NCBI GenBank assembly: GCA_037441845.1
Contig: JBBIRK010000008.1
Span: 6,952-70,951 of the forward strand
Length of the DNA: 64,000 bases
Reading direction: 5' to 3'
From: Candidatus Zixiibacteriota bacterium
GTDB lineage: Bacteria; Zixibacteria; MSB-5A5; UBA10806; 4484-95
How positions within the stretch are numbered: position 1 is the stretch's first letter; each line of letters begins with the position of its first letter. This document shows positions 32,834 through 41,888 of this stretch, piece by piece. A program made the translations under genes and the position numbers. The notes below the pieces were generated by a model. It had not been told where the DNA came from, made no database searches, and was given only the letters and a program-made list of their open reading frames with translations.

Positions 32834-33067
32834 ATGGGATTCGATGTTCGTGTCGTCAACGCCAAGGGGAGAGGCATTCAAGGCGTTCGTGTGGTTCTCG
32901 AATTCACGAGCAGACTGCGAGGCATGACCGCTGCGGAATATACGGACTCCGACGGCTATGCGGAGTTCGATAGATACGACGAAGGCGAAGTCAAGGTATA
33001 TATAGATAAGTCGAGCTACGGCACATATCGTTACGAAGACGGTGGAAGTATAACAATTACTAAATAG
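32834..33067 (+). CDS. small hypothetical beta-rich protein (77 aa)
   Basis: AGAAGG lies 8 nt before the ATG. The composition is beta-sandwich-like (VRVVNAKGRGIQGVRVVLEF...DGYAEFD...VKVYIDKSSYGTY) and recalls carboxypeptidase-regulatory-like folds. No family was recognised. Confidence 0.45.
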   Translation: MGFDVRVVNAKGRGIQGVRVVLEFTSRLRGMTAAEYTDSDGYAEFDRYDEGEVKVYIDKSSYGTYRYEDGGSITITK

Positions 33068-33228
33068 AATCGGCCTCCTTCTAACAGCGGCATGCAGCCG
33101 ACCGCACTGCGCGAGGCGGCTGACGCCGAGCGTTAAGCTGATCGGCTGATCTATTCGGCGCTGATTCCGGTTGTTTTGATTATCATGAAAATTTCCGGAC
33201 CGCCGGGACAGGAAGGCATCTTCGACAA

Positions 33229-36200
33229 ATGAGTATCCTGACGCGCATTTTCGGTTCAAAACACGATCGAGACATTAAGAGGTTGCAGCCGCGAATCGCC
33301 GAGATCAATCAAATATACGATTCGCTAAAAGATAAAAGCGACGACTGGTTCGCCGATCGAACCCGTGAACTCAAACAAGCCCTTAAGCAACCTGTCGATG
33401 AATATCTGGAGCGAATAGCTCAAGAGGAAGACTTAACCCCGGAAAGAAAAAAGGAACTATACGGCGAGATCCTCGGTCCGCAACTCGATGCTCTACTTCC
33501 CGAGGCTTTCGCCATGGTCAAAGAAGTTTGCCGGCGGTTGGTCGGCAGAAGTTGGGACGTTTGCGGTATCACCACCCGCTGGGACATGGTGCCTTACGAT
33601 TGCCAATTGATCGGCGGCATAGTGTTGCACGAGGGCAAGATCGCCGAGATGGCCACCGGTGAGGGAAAAACTTTGGTGGCCACCATGCCGCTATATCTAA
33701 ACGCCTTGACCGGATTGGGAGTGCATCTGGTGACGGTCAACGACTATCTGGCGCGGCGCGACTCCGAATGGATGGGGCAGATTTATAAATTCCTCGGTCT
33801 CACCGTCGGCTGTATCCAAACCCAGATGCCGCCTCAGGAAAGACGCGAACAGTACAATTGCGACATCGTTTACGGTACAAACAACGAATTCGGTTTCGAT
33901 TATCTCAGGGACAACATGGCGATTCGGGCCGAGGATATGGTCCAGCGGGGATTCTTCTATGCCATCGTCGACGAAGTCGATTCGGTGTTGATCGACGAGG
34001 CGCGCACACCGCTGATTATTTCCGGTCCGGTCGAATCCAGCATGAATTTCCGCTTCAATGAAATGAAACCGCTGGTGGCGAATCTGGTGCGAAAACAAAA
34101 TCAGCTGTGCGCGGCTCTGATCAGCGAAGGCGAAAAGCTTTTGGAGGAGGGCAAAGAATACGAAGCCGGCGTCAAATTCTTGATCGCAGAACGCGGGGCG
34201 CCCAAAAATAAGCGGCTGCTTAAACTTTACAAAGAACGCGGCGTAAAGCAACTGGTGCAGCGCGTATTGACGGATTATATGCGCGACAAAAAACTGCACG
34301 AACTGGACAATCAACTGTATTTCTCTATCGATGAACGTGAGCACACGATCACTCTCGAAGATATGGGACGGGCGCTGCTTTCGCCTGACGATCAGAAACT
34401 GTTCGAAATACCGGATATCGCCGACGGCTTGGTCGCCATAGACAACGATAGCCGCCTCAGCGACGAGGAAAAAATCGCCGCCAAGGAAGAGTTATACCGC
34501 CGGCACGCCGAAAGATCCGAGAAAAACCACGCCATCAACCAGCTCCTGCGCGCTTTCCAGCTTTACGAAAAAGACAACGAATACGTGGTTCAGGATGGCA
34601 AGGTATTGATCGTCGATGAGTTCACCGGCCGACTGATGCCCGGACGTCGCTATTCCGATGGGTTGCACCAGGCGATCGAGGCCAAAGAAGGGGTGACGAT
34701 CGAAGGCGAAACCCAAACCTTGGCCACTATCACGCTGCAAAATTATTTCCGCATGTACGACAAACTGGCAGGAATGACCGGCACCGCCGAAACCGAAGCC
34801 TCGGAGTTCTGGGAAATCTACAAACTCGACGTAGTGGTCATTCCCACCAACCGTCCCGTCAGGCGCATCGACTACGAAGATCAGATTTACCGCACCCGCA
34901 ACGAAAAATACAAAGCCATCATCGACGAAATCGTCCGCCTGCACGATCAGAATATCCCGGTCCTCGTCGGCACGGTGTCGGTGGAGGTATCCGAGATTCT
35001 TTCGCGGATGCTGAAGCGCCAAGGGATCGGCCATTCGGTTCTGAACGCGAAATACCATCAACAGGAAGCCGAAATCGTGGCCAAGGCTGGAATCCCGGGC
35101 GCGGTGACGATCGCAACCAATATGGCCGGCCGCGGAACCGATATCAAGCTCGGCGAGAAGGTGGTCAAGTCACCTTTCTGCATGCTGGTCCGGCCGGTTT
35201 CGGATAAAGATCAATGTCCATTCTACGCCGAATTGAATTGCGAGAAAAACGTACCCTGCGGTCTGCATATAATCGGGACCGAACGACATGAATCGCGCCG
35301 CATCGATCGGCAATTGCGGGGCCGCGCCGGTCGCCAGGGCGATCCCGGCAGTTCGCGGTTTTATTTGTCGCTCGAGGACGATCTAATGCGCTTGTTCGGC
35401 TCCGACAGAATCGCCGTAGTCATGGACCGCCTGGGAGCCAAAGAGGGCGAAGTTATCGAGCACGGAATGGTGACCCGAGCGATCGAGCGCGCCCAAAAAC
35501 GGGTCGAGGCGCAGAATTTCGCGATTCGCAAGCACCTGCTCGAATACGATAACGTGATGAACAGCCAAAGAGAGGTTATCTATAACCGTCGATTGGGATG
35601 TCTGAAAGACAAGAATCTTAGAGAAGAGACCATTGAACAAATCCACGAATTGATCGAAAACAGCGTGCGGGAGTTCTGCCCCGACAACGAATATCCCGAA
35701 AACTGGAATATGAACGGCCTGCGCCAGAAAATGCGTAACCTCTTTCTAATGGATTTCAATTGGTTCAAAGAAGAGATAGCCAAGCTCACCCAGCAGGAAT
35801 TGGCAAACCGCTTGATAGAGGGGGCTATGAAAATCTACGAGGAGAAAGAGCGGATCCTGGGCGAGGATGTGATGCGCCGTCTCGAAAGATTTTCTTTTCT
35901 CATGGCGATCGACCACGAATGGAAAGAGCACCTTTATGAGATGGATCACCTGCGGACCGGAATCGGCTTACGAGCCTATGGGCAGCGCGATCCCTTGATA
36001 GAGTTCAAGAAAGAAGGATATAAAATGTTCATGGAGATGCTCGCCCGAATCGACGAGCAGGCGATCTCCAACATTTTCAAATTGAGGCCGGCGGCAGAAC
36101 CGACCAGAATTCCCCGCGGTCAGATGGCGGCCGTGAAACAGTCAACGGTGGGAATGGGTGTGGCCGGCGCCCGAGAGCGAGCCGAAGGCTTTTCCGGAGA

Positions 36201-36357
36201 TCCGGGAATCGGAATCGCCGGCCGCCGAGGCGGCGATCCAAACGAAACCTCCGAAAAACCGCGCCCGATAAGAGTCGAAAAGAAGGTCGGCCGCAACGAG
36301 CCCTGTCCCTGCGGCTCTGGCAAAAAATTCAAACATTGCCATGGCAAAAACGAGTGA
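33229..36357 (+). CDS. secA: preprotein translocase ATPase SecA
   Basis: 1042-aa ORF. MATGEGKTLVATMP (Walker A), VDEVDSVLIDEARTPLIISG, TNMAGRGTDIKLG, GLHIIGTERHESRRIDRQLRGRAGRQGDPG and the C-terminal zinc finger CPCGSGKKFKHCHG are all present. Confidence 0.97.
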   Translation: MSILTRIFGSKHDRDIKRLQPRIAEINQIYDSLKDKSDDWFADRTRELKQALKQPVDEYLERIAQEEDLTPERKKELYGEILGPQLDALLPEAFAMVKEVCRRLVGRSWDVCGITTRWDMVPYDCQLIGGIVLHEGKIAEMATGEGKTLVATMPLYLNALTGLGVHLVTVNDYLARRDSEWMGQIYKFLGLTVGCIQTQMPPQERREQYNCDIVYGTNNEFGFDYLRDNMAIRAEDMVQRGFFYAIVDEVDSVLIDEARTPLIISGPVESSMNFRFNEMKPLVANLVRKQNQLCAALISEGEKLLEEGKEYEAGVKFLIAERGAPKNKRLLKLYKERGVKQLVQRVLTDYMRDKKLHELDNQLYFSIDEREHTITLEDMGRALLSPDDQKLFEIPDIADGLVAIDNDSRLSDEEKIAAKEELYRRHAERSEKNHAINQLLRAFQLYEKDNEYVVQDGKVLIVDEFTGRLMPGRRYSDGLHQAIEAKEGVTIEGETQTLATITLQNYFRMYDKLAGMTGTAETEASEFWEIYKLDVVVIPTNRPVRRIDYEDQIYRTRNEKYKAIIDEIVRLHDQNIPVLVGTVSVEVSEILSRMLKRQGIGHSVLNAKYHQQEAEIVAKAGIPGAVTIATNMAGRGTDIKLGEKVVKSPFCMLVRPVSDKDQCPFYAELNCEKNVPCGLHIIGTERHESRRIDRQLRGRAGRQGDPGSSRFYLSLEDDLMRLFGSDRIAVVMDRLGAKEGEVIEHGMVTRAIERAQKRVEAQNFAIRKHLLEYDNVMNSQREVIYNRRLGCLKDKNLREETIEQIHELIENSVREFCPDNEYPENWNMNGLRQKMRNLFLMDFNWFKEEIAKLTQQELANRLIEGAMKIYEEKERILGEDVMRRLERFSFLMAIDHEWKEHLYEMDHLRTGIGLRAYGQRDPLIEFKKEGYKMFMEMLARIDEQAISNIFKLRPAAEPTRIPRGQMAAVKQSTVGMGVAGARERAEGFSGDPGIGIAGRRGGDPNETSEKPRPIRVEKKVGRNEPCPCGSGKKFKHCHGKNE

Positions 36358-36423
36358 CGGCGGGCTGAGCCGGACTCAATGCAAAATTCGAGAACCCATA
36401 TTCCCAAGACAAGTGAGGAGAAA

Positions 36424-37950
36424 ATGTCGCATCGTGGAGTTGAATCGAAACTAAAAAGAATAAATTTCGCGGCGGCGATCATCATGGTATCGCTGCTTTC
36501 GATCGGCTGTTCGGAAAGACCGCAGCCGGTGACCATACTTCACACCAACGATATGCACGGCCACTTTCTGCCTTGGCCGGCTCTGCGCGATAAACCGCCC
36601 ATCGGCGGATTCGCCGCTCTCGATCACTATGTCGGACGCGAGCGCAAAATCGATCCCCGCGCTTTGCTTCTCGACTGTGGCGATCTTATGACCGGAAATC
36701 TGATCTGCAACATCGAATTCAAAGGTGCCGAAGGCGGGGCATTGATTGAAATGATAAACATTATCGGCTACGATGGAATGGTGTTCGGCAATCACGAGCT
36801 GGATAAGCCGATTTCGAATCTGCGAAAATTCATGGAAATCGCCGAGTTCCCTTTCATTTGCGCCAATTTCACCGATTCTGCGGGAAACGACTTCACCCGG
36901 GAGAAATATCATATCTACAACTTGGGCGGCGTTAAGGTTGGTGTAATCGGCGTTACGTATCATCGCATGGCCGGCATGGCCGACCCCGAAAATCTCGAGG
37001 GATTCAACTCGACCGATCCGGCTGAAGCGATCAATCGAATCATCCCCGAACTCGATCCTCAAACCGATCTGATCGTGGTCCTCTCGCATCTCGGAATCGA
37101 GGCCGACCGGGAGCTGGCGCAGAAAATAAAGGGTGTCGATATCATCCTCGGGGGACACAGCCACACTCGGCTCGATCAGCCGGAAAAAGTCAACGGTATT
37201 CTTATCTGCCAGACCGGTTCTCATGCAAGATACCTGGGGAAACTAACCCTTCAAGTGGCCGGTGACAGCATTTACAGCTGGCATGATACGCTTATCGCCA
37301 TGGTAATCGATAATATAAAACCGGACACGACCTTGCAGGCCTTGATCGACAGCATGGCGGGAATCATAGAGGGGAAATTCGGCGCGGTGATCGGAACTTT
37401 GGCCAGCGACTGGGAGACCGCCTATCAGTCGGAATCGAATATCGGCAATTGGGTGACCGACATGTTGAGAGCCAAAACCGGAGTCGATATAGCGATAGTC
37501 AACTCGGGGGGGATTCGCAAACGCATTCCCGCCGGCCCGATAACCTTGCGCGATGTATATGAAATGCTTCCGTTCGACAACTATGTCAGTTTTTTCGATT
37601 GCTCGGGAAATGATCTGCAAAAGATTTTCGCATCCAATGCCGACGCCGAAGCGGGGGAACGAAGCTATGGCAGTTTGCAAATCTCGGGCGCAACCTATGC
37701 CTATCGAATGGAAAACGGGACTCCTATTCTCAGCGACTTGAAAGTCGGCGGAAAACGGCTGGACCCCAATAAAACCTACCGTATCGCCACGATCGATTAC
37801 GTTATCGCCAACGCCGACAAATACTTCAAAATGACGCCTACCAACGTAAAGGAGACTAATCGGCTGCTTTCCGACCTGATAGTCGAATGTATCAAGGAGG
37901 CGGGGGTGATCGATTCGAGGGTTGAAGGAAGGATCAAACGAAAAAACTGA
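36424..37950 (+). CDS. bifunctional metallophosphatase / 5'-nucleotidase (UshA-like), probable lipoprotein
   Basis: ILHTNDMHGH, DCGDLMTGN, GNHELD and GGHSHT are metallophosphoesterase motifs, followed by a C-terminal 5'-nucleotidase domain. I prefer the ATG at 36424 (GAGGAG SD 4 nt upstream) over the track start at 36379. SLLSIGCS is a lipobox-like site. Confidence 0.85.
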   Translation: MSHRGVESKLKRINFAAAIIMVSLLSIGCSERPQPVTILHTNDMHGHFLPWPALRDKPPIGGFAALDHYVGRERKIDPRALLLDCGDLMTGNLICNIEFKGAEGGALIEMINIIGYDGMVFGNHELDKPISNLRKFMEIAEFPFICANFTDSAGNDFTREKYHIYNLGGVKVGVIGVTYHRMAGMADPENLEGFNSTDPAEAINRIIPELDPQTDLIVVLSHLGIEADRELAQKIKGVDIILGGHSHTRLDQPEKVNGILICQTGSHARYLGKLTLQVAGDSIYSWHDTLIAMVIDNIKPDTTLQALIDSMAGIIEGKFGAVIGTLASDWETAYQSESNIGNWVTDMLRAKTGVDIAIVNSGGIRKRIPAGPITLRDVYEMLPFDNYVSFFDCSGNDLQKIFASNADAEAGERSYGSLQISGATYAYRMENGTPILSDLKVGGKRLDPNKTYRIATIDYVIANADKYFKMTPTNVKETNRLLSDLIVECIKEAGVIDSRVEGRIKRKN

Positions 37951-37996
37951 TTGCGGGATTTTAGCTTCCGCAACGACGGATGGGTGAAAAAACAAC

Positions 37997-38018
37997 GGGT
38001 GCAGGCGATTCTGCACCC
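37997..38018. terminator. bidirectional terminator hairpin between convergent genes
   Basis: 8-bp stem GGGTGCAG (37997-38004) / CTGCACCC (38011-38018). An A-rich stretch (AAAAAACAAC) lies on the left, which is T-rich for the minus-strand gene, and GTTATAATT lies on the right. Confidence 0.5.
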
Positions 38019-38049
38019 GTTATAATTCGGCCGCGGACTCCAATCGAAT

Positions 38050-38772
38050 TCAGATGATTTTCCGCACCAAAATGCATTCCATATAAGCCGGGCTTCCTTT
38101 CGGCTGCTGTTTCTGATATACTTCCTTGCGGGTATATCCCCAGCGCAGATAATACTCTTCGAACCCGAGCTCGGCGATTATTCTCATGAGCACCCAGCGA
38201 TGTTTGGCCTCGGCGATGGCGAACTTTTCGGTTTCGCGAATGATAGCGCCCCCGATCCCTTGATGGCGGTAGGCCGGCAGGGTGCTGATATTGGTTATCT
38301 CGTAATACGGCTCGTTGTTGGTGTTATGCTTGTATTCCGATCCGGAATCCAATTGAACTGCGCCTATCACCTTGCCCAACTGCATCGCCATGAAAAAGCG
38401 GCTGCCCCGCTCCATCGCCATGCCGATATCATCGGCCGAAAGATTGGGCACGATGAAAGGCGAACGCCCGCGCAACGGCGTGTTATTGGTTAGGGCTTCC
38501 TTGATTATGTAGGCTATATTGGGCGCATCTTCGGTGGTTGCGGGGACGATGGTGGTTCGCGGCTGAAGGTATCGCCGCAAGTTGGCTCCGCGTAGGTCGC
38601 GGGGGAATTTGTCCCCGGGAAGCGTCTCCAGCTCGTTCAGGAAAGGCAACCCCTCGAGGTGAACCGTCCAATCCTCGTTTTTCATTATCGCATCGGCGAT
38701 ATTCTGCAGCCGTTCCGGCTGTTTCTCCCAGCGCTGTTTCAGCAAATTTATCTTCTCGTCGGATAATAGCAC
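38050..38772 (-). CDS. GNAT-family N-acetyltransferase with an N-terminal extension
   Basis: 240-aa ORF. The C-terminal half (ISTLPAYRHQGIGGAIIRETEKFA...) contains the acetyl-CoA-binding (Q/R)xxGxG/A motif. The N-terminal ~90 aa were not recognised. Confidence 0.75.
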   Translation of the reverse strand: MLLSDEKINLLKQRWEKQPERLQNIADAIMKNEDWTVHLEGLPFLNELETLPGDKFPRDLRGANLRRYLQPRTTIVPATTEDAPNIAYIIKEALTNNTPLRGRSPFIVPNLSADDIGMAMERGSRFFMAMQLGKVIGAVQLDSGSEYKHNTNNEPYYEITNISTLPAYRHQGIGGAIIRETEKFAIAEAKHRWVLMRIIAELGFEEYYLRWGYTRKEVYQKQQPKGSPAYMECILVRKII

Positions 38773-39108
38773 CTAATCCTCCCGGAAAATTAACCTTTAC
38801 TCGATAAGTCCTTTCGCCGGATTCCCCGACAGCCCATCATCGCTCCCTATATGTCCGGACAGCGGACAATAATATACCGCTGATCGTTGCCTGTCGGCAA
38901 CATGTTTTTGCCGAGAGCTGCCGGATATCCGAAAATTCAAGGCTTAGGTCGCGGAATAAACCGAAAGTAAATCGCGCTCCAGCGGACCTTCACGATTTAT
39001 ATTAACCGCAATCTTTCGATTAAGCGTAGATTGATGAAACGGCGGCGGACACCCGAGCCCCTATAAGCGGCTTGACATGAGCACGACGGTTGGGTAACTT
39101 CTGCGGCG

Positions 39109-40032
39109 ATGGCCGGTAAAATATATAATATCGAGAAGTTGACCTATCCCGAAATCAACGCCCTCGACCGCCGACGCACCGTGATATTTTTCGCCGTATC
39201 CCCTCTTGAGGAGCACGGGCCGCATCTGCCTATCGGTGTCGATGCCATGAACGCCTGGATTTTCGCTTGCCGCTGCGCCGAAATAGTGATCGAAAGAGAC
39301 CCCGAATATGACGTGCTGCTCTATCCCTTGCTGCCGCTCGGAACTCAGGTCTATCGCCAACCGGGGTCGTTTTACGTCAAGCCCTGGACGTTATATGAAA
39401 TAATTTACCAACTCGGCAAGAATCTGGCCCGCTACGGATTCACGAACATTTTCGTGATTTCGGCGCACGGCACGCCCAAACAGATCGTAGCGATCGAAAG
39501 AGCCTGCGCCAAAGTCTCGCGCAAATACAAAAAATCGATGTATTGCCTGTCGGGCGCCTTGACTTTCAAATTCCTTCGCGGAGAAATGCATCAGGCGATC
39601 GCCCAACGGCTGAATCGAAAATTCACCCCCGAAGAATTGCAGGAATTGCGCTACGATTACCATGCCGGCTGGTGGGAAACCTCCATGATGCTCAGATTTC
39701 ACCCGGAATTGGTCAAGGATAGTTATCGTTCGTTGAAACCGTATTTGAAAGATATCATCTCAGGCAAGATAATTTCCGAAAACAAAGAATGGCAGGGATA
39801 CACGGGGTCACCGGCTCGAGCGTATCCGGAGTTCGCCGATGCTTCGCTGGCCGAATTCGGGGAGATAGCCGCCGACCTGTTCGATCGTCATCGCCGGGGT
39901 GAAAATCTAACCCCGCTCGTCCGCTCGCCCTTTTACTGGATTCCTATCTTTCAGCCATATTTCAGGCGCAACGCCATTGCGGCGCTCATTCTCGCGATAA
40001 TAATCATCGCGTCGTTGATCTATTTGATTTGA
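39109..40032 (+). CDS. creatininase-family amidohydrolase with C-terminal transmembrane helix
   Basis: 307-aa ORF. VSPLEEHGPHLPIGVDA, ISAHGTPKQ and DYHAGWWETSMML match the creatininase/FAPy-deformylase family. The C-terminal AIAALILAIIIIASLIYLI is hydrophobic. Confidence 0.85.
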   Translation: MAGKIYNIEKLTYPEINALDRRRTVIFFAVSPLEEHGPHLPIGVDAMNAWIFACRCAEIVIERDPEYDVLLYPLLPLGTQVYRQPGSFYVKPWTLYEIIYQLGKNLARYGFTNIFVISAHGTPKQIVAIERACAKVSRKYKKSMYCLSGALTFKFLRGEMHQAIAQRLNRKFTPEELQELRYDYHAGWWETSMMLRFHPELVKDSYRSLKPYLKDIISGKIISENKEWQGYTGSPARAYPEFADASLAEFGEIAADLFDRHRRGENLTPLVRSPFYWIPIFQPYFRRNAIAALILAIIIIASLIYLI

Positions 40033-40200
40033 GCGCCAATCGGGCATATCCAATCAACCCTGCCATAATAAAAACAGCCCGGAAAGCCGACTCCTTGTCG
40101 CGGTATTCGATGACCATCAGTTGACTGAGGTTTGCGCACGATGCAAAAACGCCGGAGCACACGCCCGGCGTATCCGATTTCGACTTAACGCGATTTCGTT

Positions 40201-41241
40201 TCAGCGCTCTTTTTTTATCTCGACCCGGATTTCCCGGCGCCCGGTTGAATCCGTGTTCACGACGATCCTGGCGTCGGTTATGCCGCGTTCGGCGAGCCGC
40301 TGTCTGATTTCTGCCTCCACTTCCCGGTCGGTTTTTCCCTCCGTTACGATCCCGATTTCATCGGGACCGGCATCTTCGGTCTCGATCGCAATCGTCGAAT
40401 CGGACGGGAGAATCACTTTGATCTGCCGCTTTTCCGCGGTCGAGTCAGTTGAATCGGCGATGTCGATATCGATATTGCGCAAACCCGCCTGATCGGTCGA
40501 AACATTTACGCCGGCGTTGGCGAACCCCTGCTGGCGCAATTTCGCTTCGATTTCGGCTTCTATCTCGCTGTCGCTTTTGCCGGCAGCCTCGACCCGGATT
40601 TCCAGCAGCCTGTTTTTCGCCTGCGCGAAAAGAGTTCCTGAAACCCGGTTCATTATCGGCCTGATCGCAGCCTGGCCGATATCGCCTACCGATAAAGAAT
40701 AGGCGGTGATCAACTCTAGCGCCGCCTTCCTCGATGGCAGCGGGCCGATCACGATTCGAGATTTGACGTTGCCGGTTTCAGTCGTTATGTTGGTGCTCGA
40801 GTAACCCAGCCTTTCCAGCAATTCGGTCAATTTGGCAGGGCCGTCTTGACTATCGGCGTCCAATCCCTCCAAAATCACCGAATGACCGATAAGCTGCGAA
40901 TAGGGAAACGGCACAAGAGTGGCGATAAGCAGAACGACCGCAAAGGCCGCGGCCGCAAAACTCAAGCGCTTATGATTCATCGCCCGGATTTTTGCTTTTT
41001 CCATAAAACCATGCTCCTTTGGTTTGACAGCGGCCAAACGCGGCTTGAGCGATTCCCGTAATTCCGCAAACGGGACCACCGAAGGCTGCCTGGATCGTCT
41101 TTCATGCGCGAAAGATTCAGTGAGTATCGCATCGGCAAGGGCGATTTGGGCGCAATCCGGGCAAATGTCGAGATGCCGCTTGAGCTCTTCACTTTGAGGC
41201 TCGGATTCGTTCAGCAATTTCCTCGCTCGATAACAGTGCAT
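40201..41241 (-). CDS. anti-sigma factor (zf-HC2), single-pass membrane protein with triplicated extracytoplasmic module
   Basis: LKRHLDICPDCAQI is the H-x3-C-x2-C zinc motif, and the TM helix is FAAAAFAVVLLIATLVPF. I prefer the ATG at 41241 (AGGAGG 6 nt upstream) over the GTG at 41271 used by the track. Confidence 0.75.
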   Translation of the reverse strand: MHCYRARKLLNESEPQSEELKRHLDICPDCAQIALADAILTESFAHERRSRQPSVVPFAELRESLKPRLAAVKPKEHGFMEKAKIRAMNHKRLSFAAAAFAVVLLIATLVPFPYSQLIGHSVILEGLDADSQDGPAKLTELLERLGYSSTNITTETGNVKSRIVIGPLPSRKAALELITAYSLSVGDIGQAAIRPIMNRVSGTLFAQAKNRLLEIRVEAAGKSDSEIEAEIEAKLRQQGFANAGVNVSTDQAGLRNIDIDIADSTDSTAEKRQIKVILPSDSTIAIETEDAGPDEIGIVTEGKTDREVEAEIRQRLAERGITDARIVVNTDSTGRREIRVEIKKER

Positions 41242-41770
41242 GGGCCGCCTCCTGGTTTTCTTTTTTTCCACTTGTTTCTAACGATTTCAATATCGCCTCA
41301 CGCATTTTGCGGCGCGCTCGCATAAGGCGTGATTTGATCGAGCTTTGGGATTTTCCGGATAATCGGGCCAGTTCATCGATCCTCCACCCCTCGATTTCGA
41401 AAAGCGTGATCAGCCATCGATCGTCCGGAGTCAACACCTTCATTCCTCTTTGAAGCCAGATTCTGGCGCTGACATCGGCGCCGAAATACTCATTTGGCCG
41501 ATTGAAGTTTAGCACGCCATTTTCCTCGCGTTTCAGACGCGTCTTTTTTTGCCGGCACCGGCTTTTCTGAAGGTTCAAAATTATTCGATACAGCCAGGGG
41601 CGGAAAGAATCGTGGCTGCGAAGATTGGGGAAATTTTTCCAAGCGAGAAGCAATGCTTCATGGTATAGATCATCACCAGTGGCTTTGTCTTCGGAAATTC
41701 GGCGGCAGAATCTTGCTGCGGCTTCATGTTCCGTTTCGACACATTTCCAAAACAGTTCCGTATTATCCAC
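41189..41770 (-). CDS. ECF-type RNA polymerase sigma factor (sigma-70 family, group 4)
   Basis: 193-aa ORF. Region 2 reads DLYHEALLLAWKNFPNLRSHDSFRPWLYRIILN and region 4 reads IDELARLSGKSQSSIKSRLMRARRKM. It sits immediately upstream of the anti-sigma gene. Confidence 0.85.
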   Translation of the reverse strand: MDNTELFWKCVETEHEAAARFCRRISEDKATGDDLYHEALLLAWKNFPNLRSHDSFRPWLYRIILNLQKSRCRQKKTRLKREENGVLNFNRPNEYFGADVSARIWLQRGMKVLTPDDRWLITLFEIEGWRIDELARLSGKSQSSIKSRLMRARRKMREAILKSLETSGKKENQEAAHALLSSEEIAERIRASK

Positions 41771-41888
41771 ATACTTTAAGACGTTTTAGCCGGGATGTCG
41801 GTTGCAAGGCGTAAACATGCCGGGCGCGATTCTTGGCGGAATTTCGGCAAGCTTAAGAGAACAAATGCCCTCTACAAATGATAAGCGG

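Noticed and set aside
33697-38016. Minus-strand ORFs 33697..34344, 34492..35061, 36451..37224 and 37243..38016
   Set aside because: They are antisense to secA and to the 5'-nucleotidase gene. Their composition (D/F/V/H-rich) mirrors the sense-strand codons.
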